From: an uncultured Ruminococcus sp.
GTDB lineage: Bacteria > Bacillota > Clostridia > UBA1212
Direction: 5' to 3'
Length of the DNA: 64,000 nt
NCBI GenBank assembly: GCA_902792515.1
Contig: CADAZX010000001.1
Coordinates: forward strand, 72,441-136,440
Position numbers and translations under genes: made by a program. The notes below the pieces were generated by a model. That model ran no database searches. It was given only the letters and a program-made list of their open reading frames with translations, and was not told the DNA's origin. Shown here one piece after another: positions 1 through 8,294 of this stretch. Each line of letters starts with the position of its first letter. Positions within the stretch are counted from its first letter, which is position 1.

Positions 1-1768
1 TGTACCCCGGGAGATACGGACTTTCCGGAATGAGAAGCAGACTGTAGCTTCTGCCCCTTACGGTGAGCTTTCCGTCTTCGGCGGTGCATTCGGGCAGCAG
101 ATCCTCCCAGATTATGTCAAACGACACGCGAGCTCTGTCAAGCGCCGCCGCGAGCTTTTGGAGCGTCTCGCATTTTCCGCCGCACCACTCAGCTTCCGCG
201 TTGTAGAGGACGGCAACACCGGCAGCAGGCTCACCCGCGGACAGAACGTGGCTCATGCCCGCCATGTATTTCATAAGCAGCCCGAAGGCCTCGAACTGGG
301 CGTTATTGCCGGCCGCGTAGAAGTGGGGCGGGCAGTCCGGATCAGGGAATTTGGGCGAGAACGCGTGCGGCACAAAGTGGTTTATGCCGCCGGCCAGCAT
401 CAGGTCGAGCATCTTCTTCATCATCGGAACGCCTTCCGCCCACCCGAACGCGCCGAATATCTCGCACATCGTCCGGCCTTTCATTTCAGGCGTGAGAGCG
501 GCCAGCGACCGCGGCAGGCTCTCGAGAAGGTGGTTGAAGAAGTCCGGGTCGGCCTCCCCTGCCCAGAGCGGCGCCGTGTGGGGCATTTCCGTCATTCCCG
601 GCACGTACTGCTGAAGAACGATATCGATTCCCGCCATCGCCATCGGTCCGACCGATCTGAAATAGTGCCCCGCGCCGGGTCCGAGCCGCTGGTGCGTGTT
701 CCCGTCCTCGATCACGTGGCCGATGTACTCCACGCCGTGCGCACGGCTCCAATCCGCCAGCATTTGGCTGAAATTGGCGGAAAACTGTCTCGTGGCGACG
801 TCCATGTAGGCGTTCCGGAGCGTTCTCGTCGCAGGATCATTTGCGTTGAGAAACAGCTTGGGGAGGTTTTTCCGCACCTCTCCGGCAGGCATTTCCGCTT
901 TTTCCGCCATCAACTCGCAGAGGTCGTCTCTGTACGGCAGCATCATTCCGCGCTTCCCGAGGATGCAGTCGTAGCCGGACCCGCAGTTCGAAAACGCCGG
1001 TTCGTCAGAGAAAAAGCCCGCGAACGTGTTCCCGAAAAACTCCCGGAAGTGTTCGTAGGTCGGTCCGTACACCGCCTCTATCATCGCTTTGCACGATTCC
1101 GGCGACATCATATCGATCCACTCCGGCTTCGCGGCGAGGTAAGGCGAAACGATTACGTAGCAGATTCTCGAGACGCCGTCGGGAATGTCCCACTCGATCC
1201 TTCCCAACCCGGTTTTCGTTTCTCCCGGAAACGTCAGCGCGCCGAGAAGATCCTCTCCGTCGCCTTCGATCGACACCGTCCTGTCTTCCGCGCATCCGAG
1301 TTTGTAGGCGGTCACCGACACGAACGACTCGCCCTCCCGGAGCGGAACGGTCTGAATCACCGCGTTTTTGCGCGGGCCGGCGAAGTCTCTGAATTCGATT
1401 CTGAGCTCGCGCCTCCTGAGTTCCGGATAAGTCCTCAGCCAGCCGTTCGCGAACCCGGACGGGAACTGCCTGTCGTCAAGCAGCCACACGCGCATCCCCT
1501 TCTCTCTCGCGTAGCGGAGGCAGAAGCCCATGTCGTCCCACCACTTTTCGCGCCCGAACTCCTCGTGAACGCGCGACTCGAGGCAGAACTCTCTTATGTT
1601 GGATGCGTAGATCGCGTCGATCTCCTCGCGCAGCTTTTCGTGCGGCTCCCCGTGCATCCACAGGAACGGGAAAATGTACTCGCCGGGAACGTTCCCGCTC
1701 ACCGCGTCGCGAACGCGGTCTTTTACCGTTTTGTACTCTCCTTGGCTATATTCCGTCTGTTTTTCCAT
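1..1768 (-). CDS. Large glycoside-hydrolase-like protein, 5'-complete and 3'-truncated by the window edge. It is a paralogue of the 3057..6281 protein.
   Basis: The minus-strand frame is open from ATG at 1766-1768 (RBS AAAGGAAAG upstream) to beyond position 1, so it is absent from the ORF track. Its N-terminus (FPFLWMHGE...FCLESR...GMRVWLLDDRQFPSG) parallels the N-terminus of the 3057..6281 protein (FWSWNGE...FMHSR...GMEPWLYDEDRWPSG). The plus-strand ORF 158..1828 is its antisense shadow. Confidence 0.6.
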   Translation of the reverse strand, partial: MEKQTEYSQGEYKTVKDRVRDAVSGNVPGEYIFPFLWMHGEPHEKLREEIDAIYASNIREFCLESRVHEEFGREKWWDDMGFCLRYAREKGMRVWLLDDRQFPSGFANGWLRTYPELRRRELRIEFRDFAGPRKNAVIQTVPLREGESFVSVTAYKLGCAEDRTVSIEGDGEDLLGALTFPGETKTGLGRIEWDIPDGVSRICYVIVSPYLAAKPEWIDMMSPESCKAMIEAVYGPTYEHFREFFGNTFAGFFSDEPAFSNCGSGYDCILGKRGMMLPYRDDLCELMAEKAEMPAGEVRKNLPKLFLNANDPATRTLRNAYMDVATRQFSANFSQMLADWSRAHGVEYIGHVIEDGNTHQRLGPGAGHYFRSVGPMAMAGIDIVLQQYVPGMTEMPHTAPLWAGEADPDFFNHLLESLPRSLAALTPEMKGRTMCEIFGAFGWAEGVPMMKKMLDLMLAGGINHFVPHAFSPKFPDPDCPPHFYAAGNNAQFEAFGLLMKYMAGMSHVLSAGEPAAGVAVLYNAEAEWCGGKCETLQKLAAALDRARVSFDIIWEDLLPECTAEDGKLTVRGRSYSLLLIPESPYLPGY

Positions 1769-1835
1769 AAGTCTTTCCTTTCGGGAACAGACGGCCGCCG
1801 TGAGCCGGCGGCCGTCTGTCCTTTATGAATTAATA

Positions 1836-2948
1836 TTACTGTTCGTCAACGAAAACCTTTTTGATCGCGTCCAGATAGCCGTAGCCGTATTTCGTGTCGG
1901 GCTCAAGGTAACTCGACTCGGTCCACTCGTTCCAGCTGTTCACGGTGATGAGTCTCGCCCTGTCCGGGTGGTCGTCAAGGTATTTTTTCGCCTTTCTGAG
2001 CATTTTTTCGATATTTTCCGGCGTGTTGTCGGTAAGCGTGCCGCGCTCGGTAGTTCTGAAGCGCGGGTCGTTGTTCCAGCCCACCGAAACGTGCGGGTAG
2101 TAGACGGCCGTCGAATTCCTGTCGATCTCCGCCCACTCGCGGTCGACGATATCGAACATGTCGTTGTAGCTTCTGTCTTTCCAGAGCGGCACGAAATGCA
2201 CGAACTGGTAGTGGGAAATGCTGTCGAACCCGAGCAGCCGCACCGCGTCGTATGCCGACCCTTCGTGATTCGCGTCGACCCCGCTGAGGTTCACGGACAT
2301 CGAGTTCCAGAACGTCATCTGCAGCTCCAGCCCCGGGAAGCCCGCCTTTTTCGTCTCCTCGCGGAACCACTCGAGCGCCTCGCACGTCTTGTCGATGCCG
2401 CCGAGACCCTTTATCAGATTGCCGACGTCGTAGATCATAAACACCGGCTTTCCGTCGATCAGATAGTACTCAGGCTGCGAAAAATAGTTGTCGATGATCC
2501 TGTGAACTACCGTTTCGAAATTCGCGCGGTCCTGAGAGCCCTGCCAGATTGTCGTGTCGACAGGCAGGTCGCTGTTCCTGCGGTCCCACGTGAGACCGAC
2601 GTCGTGGTTCGCCCACATAATGTAGAATCTCATTTTCGAGCGGTTGGCAGCCTTCAAAAAGCCGTTGTCGAGGCACTGCTCAAGGAACGGCAGCCTGTCG
2701 TACCAGTACCAGTCGTAAATGAAAACGTTGACGCCGTGCGAGACCGCCTCGTCGATCTGCTTTTCCATCACCTTCGGGTCGGCCTCTTCCTCGAATCCCC
2801 AGAGCGGAAGCGGTCTCTCCGGATGCTCCTCGTGGGATTTGCGTACCGTCTGCCACTCGCCGATGCCTTCCTCCCAGAATATTCTCGATCTGATCTCCGT
2901 CCCGGTGTAGGACGGCCAGATATACGCCGCTACGTCGTATTTTTGCAT
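1836..2948 (-). CDS. Glyco_tran_WbsX-like (GH99-like fold) carbohydrate-active protein
   Basis: The N-terminus AAYIWPSYTGTE...IFWEEGIGEWQTV resembles the WbsX-family signature (YxPQFH...WWGKGFTEWTNV). A C-terminal SWNEWTE motif is present. RBS AAGGAGA precedes the ATG. Confidence 0.55.
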   Translation of the reverse strand: MQKYDVAAYIWPSYTGTEIRSRIFWEEGIGEWQTVRKSHEEHPERPLPLWGFEEEADPKVMEKQIDEAVSHGVNVFIYDWYWYDRLPFLEQCLDNGFLKAANRSKMRFYIMWANHDVGLTWDRRNSDLPVDTTIWQGSQDRANFETVVHRIIDNYFSQPEYYLIDGKPVFMIYDVGNLIKGLGGIDKTCEALEWFREETKKAGFPGLELQMTFWNSMSVNLSGVDANHEGSAYDAVRLLGFDSISHYQFVHFVPLWKDRSYNDMFDIVDREWAEIDRNSTAVYYPHVSVGWNNDPRFRTTERGTLTDNTPENIEKMLRKAKKYLDDHPDRARLITVNSWNEWTESSYLEPDTKYGYGYLDAIKKVFVDEQ

Positions 2949-2965
2949 GTTTTTTCTCCTTTTCC

Positions 2966-3078
2966 CGCGAAGTTACACAACCGTTCTTGTTTGCGCGAAG
3001 TTACGCAACCGTTCTTGTTTGCGCGAAGTCAAACGACCGTTCTTGTTTGCGCGAAGTCAAACGACCGTCTCTATAAAG
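2966..3078. repeat. Tandem 28-bp direct repeat (cgcgaagtyamacraccgttcttgtttg), about 4 copies. The last copy is degenerate and overlaps the stop codon of the 3057..6281 gene.
   Basis: Read directly: unit copies at 2966-2993, 2994-3021, 3022-3049 and 3050-3078, with 2-4 substitutions between copies. Confidence 0.85.
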
Positions 3079-6000
3079 AACCGTCCGGGTGCGTTGTCAG
3101 CCAGCGCGTAGTCCTCCGTGAAGCTTCCGCCGCCTGTCACGAACGTGTCCGGTCCAACCGCGCCCGTTATCGCCGGCACCACGTGAAGCGGCCCGAAAAG
3201 GTTCTTGCGCGTGCACACCAGCGTCACGTTAAAGCCCGTCTTCAGCCACTCCGTAACGTCTGCCTCGTAGGGCTCCCATCCGAGGATCTGCTTCCCGGAG
3301 CCGTCCGGGCCTTCGACCGTCACCAAACTTCCCGCGAAATCCGCGCACCTCAGCACTGCTTTCTCCCCTGTGCGCAGGTCGACGCCGGCGAGCATTTCCG
3401 GCGTTATTTTGTACGTGACCGTGCCCGTATACGAGAGGAGGTTCTGCTCCGCGAGGTCCGCGGGCGTCAGCTTGTCCGGAAGCACCGTCATCTTTTTGTG
3501 ACGCGAGTAGAAGCTTCCGCGGTCGCCCGGCCGCCTTCCGGGGCCTTTTTCGATGAGCTCGGATCTGACTCCGAAATCGCCGACGATATACGCCGCCTCG
3601 ATGTTGGTGGTGCGTCTGAAATGGGTCAGCGCGGTGACGACGTTTTCGCCCACTTTGAGGAGGTCGCGGCTGACGGGAATGGTCTTCAGGCAGTTGTCGG
3701 TCCAGAAGCCGCCGTCGGGAACGAGTTTCTCGCCGTTGACGAAATACGTGATCTTTTCGGGCCTCTCGGCGCAGAGCAGCACGTCGCCCTCGGGAAGGGT
3801 CTCGATCTCAAACGTGTAGTTCAGCGCGATCTGGCCGTAGTCGCTGTCGGCGTACTTTTTCGCGTACCAGGGCTGGAGCATGCCGCCGCCCCTGTGTTCG
3901 ATGCCCACGAAATCGCGCACCGCGCGGTCGAGCTTCAGCACCTCCTGCTCCGGAAAATGCTTCACTGTGCCGTCGGTCGTTATCATGTTCGCGTCGGCAA
4001 AGTCGAGCACCATCGCGTTCTTTTCGCCGAGCTCATAGTCGAATTCGCCCGCGAGCTCCTTAGAAAAGATTACTTCGCGCTTCACGCGCCTTGAAACGCC
4101 GCTCTCCTCCGCGGTCTCCGGCAGCTCGCCGCCGAAGTAGAACACAAAGAAGCGCTCGCCCGCCGGCATAAAGTCTGTCGTGACCGACACCGCGCCGCCG
4201 TTGATCTCAAGCCCGCGCACGTTGTATTTTTTGCCGTCCTCGAGGCACCACTCGACGCATCCGGTGACACCCTCGAATCCGTTTAGAGTCAGTTTCACGT
4301 TTTCCGCTCCGCGCTCCCTGTCGGTGTTCACGACCGCCAGAATGACTATTCCGTCCTTTTCGCGGGCGTCGCGCACCTGGAAGTGAAGTTCGTCGCGTTC
4401 GATATTCTCCGCTGTGAGCGAGACCGAAGCGGCGGGTTTGACGCTTCTCACGACTGCCTCGGGCGTGAACTCGTCGCGCACGCATCCGATTCCGTCAAAC
4501 GCGTTGGAATCCCTCGCGTCGACCATGTAAGGCGCGTCGCCGAGCAGCACGATCCGGCCGCCCGCCTCCGAGAACTCTTTAAGAAGCGCAAGCGTCGTGC
4601 CTCTTACTGTCTTGAGACCGCTGACAACGACCGTCTTGTACTCCATCGAGCCGACCTTCAGGACAGGTCCGTCCTCCCTCTTTTCGACGCGGCCGTGCTT
4701 CGCCATGATCTCCTCTTCGCCGTAGTCGAAGTCGACGTGCGCCGCGCGCATGTAGGCGAAAAGCTTTCTGTAGTGGTCTTCCTGCGCGTTGACGTCCGGG
4801 TCTACCGGCTGTATCCAGCGCGCCCAACCGGCGTAAACGTCCGTCCAGACGCTCTCGATTGGGTTCATTACAAGCACGTCGCACGCCGGCACGCCCTCGG
4901 TCATCAGCACGTTGAACCTCGCGAAGTAGTCCTCCACATATTTATAGTATTTATAATAAGTCGCCTGGTGCAGAATGCTGGCCGGGTAGTCGCGCTTCGC
5001 CTCGCCCTCCATCGTATACCAGGAGAGGTGCGGGCATCTGACGTTGACGCCGTAGAGCGCCTGCCAGTCGCCGACCGCCTTGTGGCCCTTGAAGTTGAAC
5101 TGCCAGCCTGAGCAGCCGTAGAGCTCGGAGAGTATCCACTTTTTGTCGAGCTGCCGCGCCGCCGACTGGATCTGCTTGGCCGCCCAGAAAACGTTCGCGA
5201 ACTCGGACAGGTTGTCGATGCCAGGAACGCCCATGTGCTCGTAAAATCTCATCAGCGAGCCGTTCGGAACGGTCTGGTTGGCAAGGCTGTCCTCGTGGAG
5301 GACGTGGCCCGTAAAGTCGATTCCGTTTTCGACGCACCAGCGGTTGATCGGCTCCGCGAACCTCTCGATGAAGAGGTTGTTGCCGAGGTCGACGTAGTCG
5401 TGCTTGACCGCCCGCGAAGTCGGGAAATCAGGCGCCTTGTAGAAAAACTCCGGCAGCTTTTCCGTGATCGAGTAGCCGTACCTTTTTTCGAACTCGTCGA
5501 AAATGTCGTCCGTGTAGAAAACCGAGCACTTCAGGAAGCCGTTTTCGTCGCGCGTGGCGTTGTCGAGCATGTGTCCTCTGTGCGGTTCGTCGGTGAAAAT
5601 GCCGCGGATCGTCTTCCAGATCTTCCTGCCGGCGTGCTTTTTGTACGCCTCGTGGGTGATCCTGATGAACTCCTCCGTCGCCGCCAGCATCATCGTGTCG
5701 ATGTAGGTCGTCCCGTTGTAACCGCTGCTCGGCCTGTCGTATTCGACAAAAAATTTAAGCAGAACGTGCCTCTGCCCCTCCTGCGCCACGTAAAGCGCCC
5801 GCTCGTTGCTTTTGATCATACGGTAGCGGAGCAGGTTGCCGGTATCTTTCTCGAAAATCGCCTCAAACGTATACAAAAGGTTCTCGGGTTCAGTTCTGTC
5901 GTCCGGCGCCGACTCCTTTACCACAAGCGACTTCATTCTGTACTTCGGGTCGCGCGTGACGATTCCGCCCGCGCATCCGCTCGGCCAGCGGTCCTCGTCG

Positions 6001-6281
6001 TAAAGCCACGGTTCCATCCCGTTTTCGTCGCCGTAGACGGCGACCTTGTTGCAGAGGTCGAACCACTCCTCTCCGAGATACTCGGTAATGAGTCCCGCGC
6101 GGCTGTGCATAAAATACCCGCCGAAGCCCATCTCTTTAAGAACGTCGACCTGCCGCTTCAGTTCCTTCTCCTCGAGTTCGCCGTTCCACGACCAGAAAGG
6201 CTTGCCCCTGAACTCATGACCCGGTGCCGAAAATTCCTTTTCAAGCGCCCCGTAACCTCTGTTTAATATACTGTTATCCAT
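3057..6281 (-). CDS. Large multidomain glycoside-hydrolase-like protein (1074 aa)
   Basis: Long ORF with RBS GGAGGAA. The N-terminal region KPFWSWNGELEE...GYFMHSRAGL...GMEPWLYDEDRWPSG is typical of a TIM-barrel GH-like family and is paralogous to the truncated gene at 1..1768. Family assignment is not secure without a search. Confidence 0.6.
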   Translation of the reverse strand: MDNSILNRGYGALEKEFSAPGHEFRGKPFWSWNGELEEKELKRQVDVLKEMGFGGYFMHSRAGLITEYLGEEWFDLCNKVAVYGDENGMEPWLYDEDRWPSGCAGGIVTRDPKYRMKSLVVKESAPDDRTEPENLLYTFEAIFEKDTGNLLRYRMIKSNERALYVAQEGQRHVLLKFFVEYDRPSSGYNGTTYIDTMMLAATEEFIRITHEAYKKHAGRKIWKTIRGIFTDEPHRGHMLDNATRDENGFLKCSVFYTDDIFDEFEKRYGYSITEKLPEFFYKAPDFPTSRAVKHDYVDLGNNLFIERFAEPINRWCVENGIDFTGHVLHEDSLANQTVPNGSLMRFYEHMGVPGIDNLSEFANVFWAAKQIQSAARQLDKKWILSELYGCSGWQFNFKGHKAVGDWQALYGVNVRCPHLSWYTMEGEAKRDYPASILHQATYYKYYKYVEDYFARFNVLMTEGVPACDVLVMNPIESVWTDVYAGWARWIQPVDPDVNAQEDHYRKLFAYMRAAHVDFDYGEEEIMAKHGRVEKREDGPVLKVGSMEYKTVVVSGLKTVRGTTLALLKEFSEAGGRIVLLGDAPYMVDARDSNAFDGIGCVRDEFTPEAVVRSVKPAASVSLTAENIERDELHFQVRDAREKDGIVILAVVNTDRERGAENVKLTLNGFEGVTGCVEWCLEDGKKYNVRGLEINGGAVSVTTDFMPAGERFFVFYFGGELPETAEESGVSRRVKREVIFSKELAGEFDYELGEKNAMVLDFADANMITTDGTVKHFPEQEVLKLDRAVRDFVGIEHRGGGMLQPWYAKKYADSDYGQIALNYTFEIETLPEGDVLLCAERPEKITYFVNGEKLVPDGGFWTDNCLKTIPVSRDLLKVGENVVTALTHFRRTTNIEAAYIVGDFGVRSELIEKGPGRRPGDRGSFYSRHKKMTVLPDKLTPADLAEQNLLSYTGTVTYKITPEMLAGVDLRTGEKAVLRCADFAGSLVTVEGPDGSGKQILGWEPYEADVTEWLKTGFNVTLVCTRKNLFGPLHVVPAITGAVGPDTFVTGGGSFTEDYALADNAPGRFFIETVV

Positions 6282-6337
6282 AGATTCCTCCGGACGCGCC
6301 GCCTTGCCTTAGCGGCGCACACTTTTTTATTGCCTTA

Positions 6338-6365
6338 ATTATATCAAACGGGCGGCTTTTTTCAA
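6338..6365 (-). promoter_or_regulatory. Sigma70-type promoter (TTGAAA-N16-TATAAT) for the 3057..6281 gene
   Basis: Minus-strand read: cggTTGAAAaaagccgcccgtttgaTATAATtaagg, about 55 nt upstream of the ATG. Tandem GCAAAACG repeats lie just upstream (see findings). Confidence 0.55.
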
Positions 6366-6496
6366 CCGTTTTCGCCGTCGAAAAGATGCCCCGTGCCGCG
6401 TTTCGCACCGTTTTGCTTCGTTTTGCTCCGTTTTGCGGCTTTTGGCACTGTTTGCGTCTTTACGCACCGTTTGCGACCGCGGAAAGACGCAAAACG

Positions 6497-6530
6497 GCGG
6501 CGCTGCCATCGCAGCGCCGCCGCCCTTAAC
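6497..6530 (-). terminator. Rho-independent terminator after the 6567..8249 gene
   Basis: GC hairpin GGCGGCGCTGC-gatg-GCAGCGCCGCC followed on the minus strand by GTTTTGCGTCTTT. Confidence 0.55.
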
Positions 6531-6566
6531 TAAATAATTATTGTCCGGTTCGTCAACCGGAGTTCA

Positions 6567-8249
6567 TCAGAAAGCCTTCTTCTTGAGAACTACGAGAACG
6601 ATTGCCGCCGCCGCGACGATGAAGAGAACCATCGTCATATCGGATGTCTCGGTAGGAGTCTCGGGGGTCGTGTCGTCAGCGAGCTTCGCGAAGTCGCCGC
6701 CGTCGTTGAAGTTGACCAGGAATCTCCAAGCCTCATTGGCCTCGCTTCCGCCAAAGTAGTACGCAATGTACTCTTTGTCGTAGTTGCGGTCTTCAGCCTT
6801 CTTGGTGGAAGGAAGAACGATGTACGAACCTGCCGCGGCATCGTTTTCGACAACTACCACATACTGTCCCGCGGGAGCAGCTTCCTTAAGCTGGAATTTG
6901 AAGCCCTGGTTCTCGCCGTCGTAAGGAACGAGAGTTGCGTTGGTGCCTTCTGCAGAGAATCCCTTCTGGAGCTGGTTGTCACCCTCAACACCGCTGAGAG
7001 TAGCTTCCGCAACGGGAGTTCCCGCTACGGAGTCTGCGTACGTGCCCGCGAACTTGTAAAGCTTAACAATGATGTTCGCGTTCACAGTGCCGGTTCCGGC
7101 AACAGGGTTGCTTGCCCAGAACATGTGTGAAGAGATCGAAGTGAACGGCTTGTTCGCGTTGAAGACTGCGCCGTAATCCGGATAGTTGCCGTCAACGTCA
7201 CAACGTAGCCAAATGCCTTCTACGCCGCCCTGAGAAGCGCTTGCTCTCTCAACGGGCTCTGCGGGCTGCTCTACGGGCGGATCAACGGGAGTCTCGCCGC
7301 CGTCTTTGCCGTTCGGGTTGTGGAACGTGATGGACTTGATGGTGAGCTTGCCGCCGGGCTTAGCGCCGGGGAAGCGGACACCGGTGAGGAGCGTATCGGT
7401 CAAAAGGCTGAATTCGTCGCTGATGATGAACGTTCTCTCGGTCTTGCCGTCCATTGCCGGAGGCGCCCACGTTCCGCCTGTTGGGGAGTAGCCGGGGTTC
7501 TTCTCGGTGTCACGGAGATATACGTTGTTGCCGTGCATCTGGCCTTCGAGCTCGTAAACAACCGTGAACGAGGTGTAGTACTTTGTTTCGACTTCGTCGA
7601 GTTCGATCGAGAAGAAGGGGTCGCCCGCTCCGTCCTGAGTCTCGGCAGTGATCGATCCGTCGTCGTTTTCGGTAACGTCAACGCCGACGGTGTTGTTCGC
7701 ATCGGGAATGAGCTCTACTACAAGAGTCTTCGGAAGGTCGTTAGGCTGAGCCTGTTCTTCCTCCTCGGGTCCTACTACGAGAGTAAATTCGCTCTTAACG
7801 TCCGCTTCAGTGTCGTCGGCATACTTCGCGACGATAGCGACAGCATAAGTGCCGTTGTCGAGAGCGTCGACTCCGAGCATCTCCATGTAGCCGTCGTCCT
7901 TGCCGAAGCCGGCGTGAACGAAATCATCGGCTACCCAGCCTGCATTCGCGAAATTCTCGTTTTTCGCGATCTCGGTTCTGTCTCTGTAAACGTCGGAGCA
8001 CTCTTTCTCGGCGCCGTCAAGCGTCCAGTAGATCTTCTCGAGAGTCGTTCCCTGCTTTGCCATCCATCCGAGGATGAAAAGCTTGTCGCCCTTTTCGATA
8101 TTGACCTTGGCTTTGCCTGCCTCGCCGGCGATGTTCGATGAGTCAAGCGTGTTCGCGTTGATGTACAGCGAATCGAGTCCCGCGAACGAGCTGATGCAAA
8201 GTGCCGCGGTCAGTGCGAGAGCGACGATGATTGCAAATAACTTTTTCAT
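6567..8249 (-). CDS. Secreted cell-surface protein with an N-terminal signal peptide and a C-terminal TSDMT-TM-KKKAF anchor (paralogue family)
   Basis: N-terminus MKKLFAIIVALALTAALC (signal peptide). C-terminus ...PTETSDMTMVLFIVAAAAIVLVVLKKKAF. An internal ILGWMAKQGTTLEKIYWTLDG motif is shared with 8295..9335 and 63166..end. RBS GGAGGAG. Confidence 0.7.
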   Translation of the reverse strand: MKKLFAIIVALALTAALCISSFAGLDSLYINANTLDSSNIAGEAGKAKVNIEKGDKLFILGWMAKQGTTLEKIYWTLDGAEKECSDVYRDRTEIAKNENFANAGWVADDFVHAGFGKDDGYMEMLGVDALDNGTYAVAIVAKYADDTEADVKSEFTLVVGPEEEEQAQPNDLPKTLVVELIPDANNTVGVDVTENDDGSITAETQDGAGDPFFSIELDEVETKYYTSFTVVYELEGQMHGNNVYLRDTEKNPGYSPTGGTWAPPAMDGKTERTFIISDEFSLLTDTLLTGVRFPGAKPGGKLTIKSITFHNPNGKDGGETPVDPPVEQPAEPVERASASQGGVEGIWLRCDVDGNYPDYGAVFNANKPFTSISSHMFWASNPVAGTGTVNANIIVKLYKFAGTYADSVAGTPVAEATLSGVEGDNQLQKGFSAEGTNATLVPYDGENQGFKFQLKEAAPAGQYVVVVENDAAAGSYIVLPSTKKAEDRNYDKEYIAYYFGGSEANEAWRFLVNFNDGGDFAKLADDTTPETPTETSDMTMVLFIVAAAAIVLVVLKKKAF

Positions 8250-8294
8250 AATGGTTTCTCCTCCAAAATATCTAAAAATGTCTCTGTCAACAGT

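Noticed and set aside
158-1828. Long plus-strand ORFs (for example 158..1828, 1674..4094, 5235..6266, 13376..14233, 15762..16553, 20012..21220, 21196..22698, 26163..28640, 42355..43779, 47415..48983, 55650..56690, 56723..57535, 58740..59648, 61239..62966) and minus-strand 43964..45016 / 44901..46442
   Set aside because: Their translations are Arg/His/Val-rich and low in Lys/Ile/Asn. This is typical of antisense frames in high-GC DNA. Each lies opposite a gene with a clear family signature and a good RBS, and none has an RBS of its own.
2966-3078. CRISPR array
   Set aside because: The 28-bp units are directly contiguous with no spacers. There are only ~4 copies, and no cas genes are present in the window.
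6567-8249. Canonical LPXTG sortase substrates
   Set aside because: The C-terminal motif is xxT[GS]D[AM]T, not LPXTG. It is reported instead as a non-canonical sorting-like signal.
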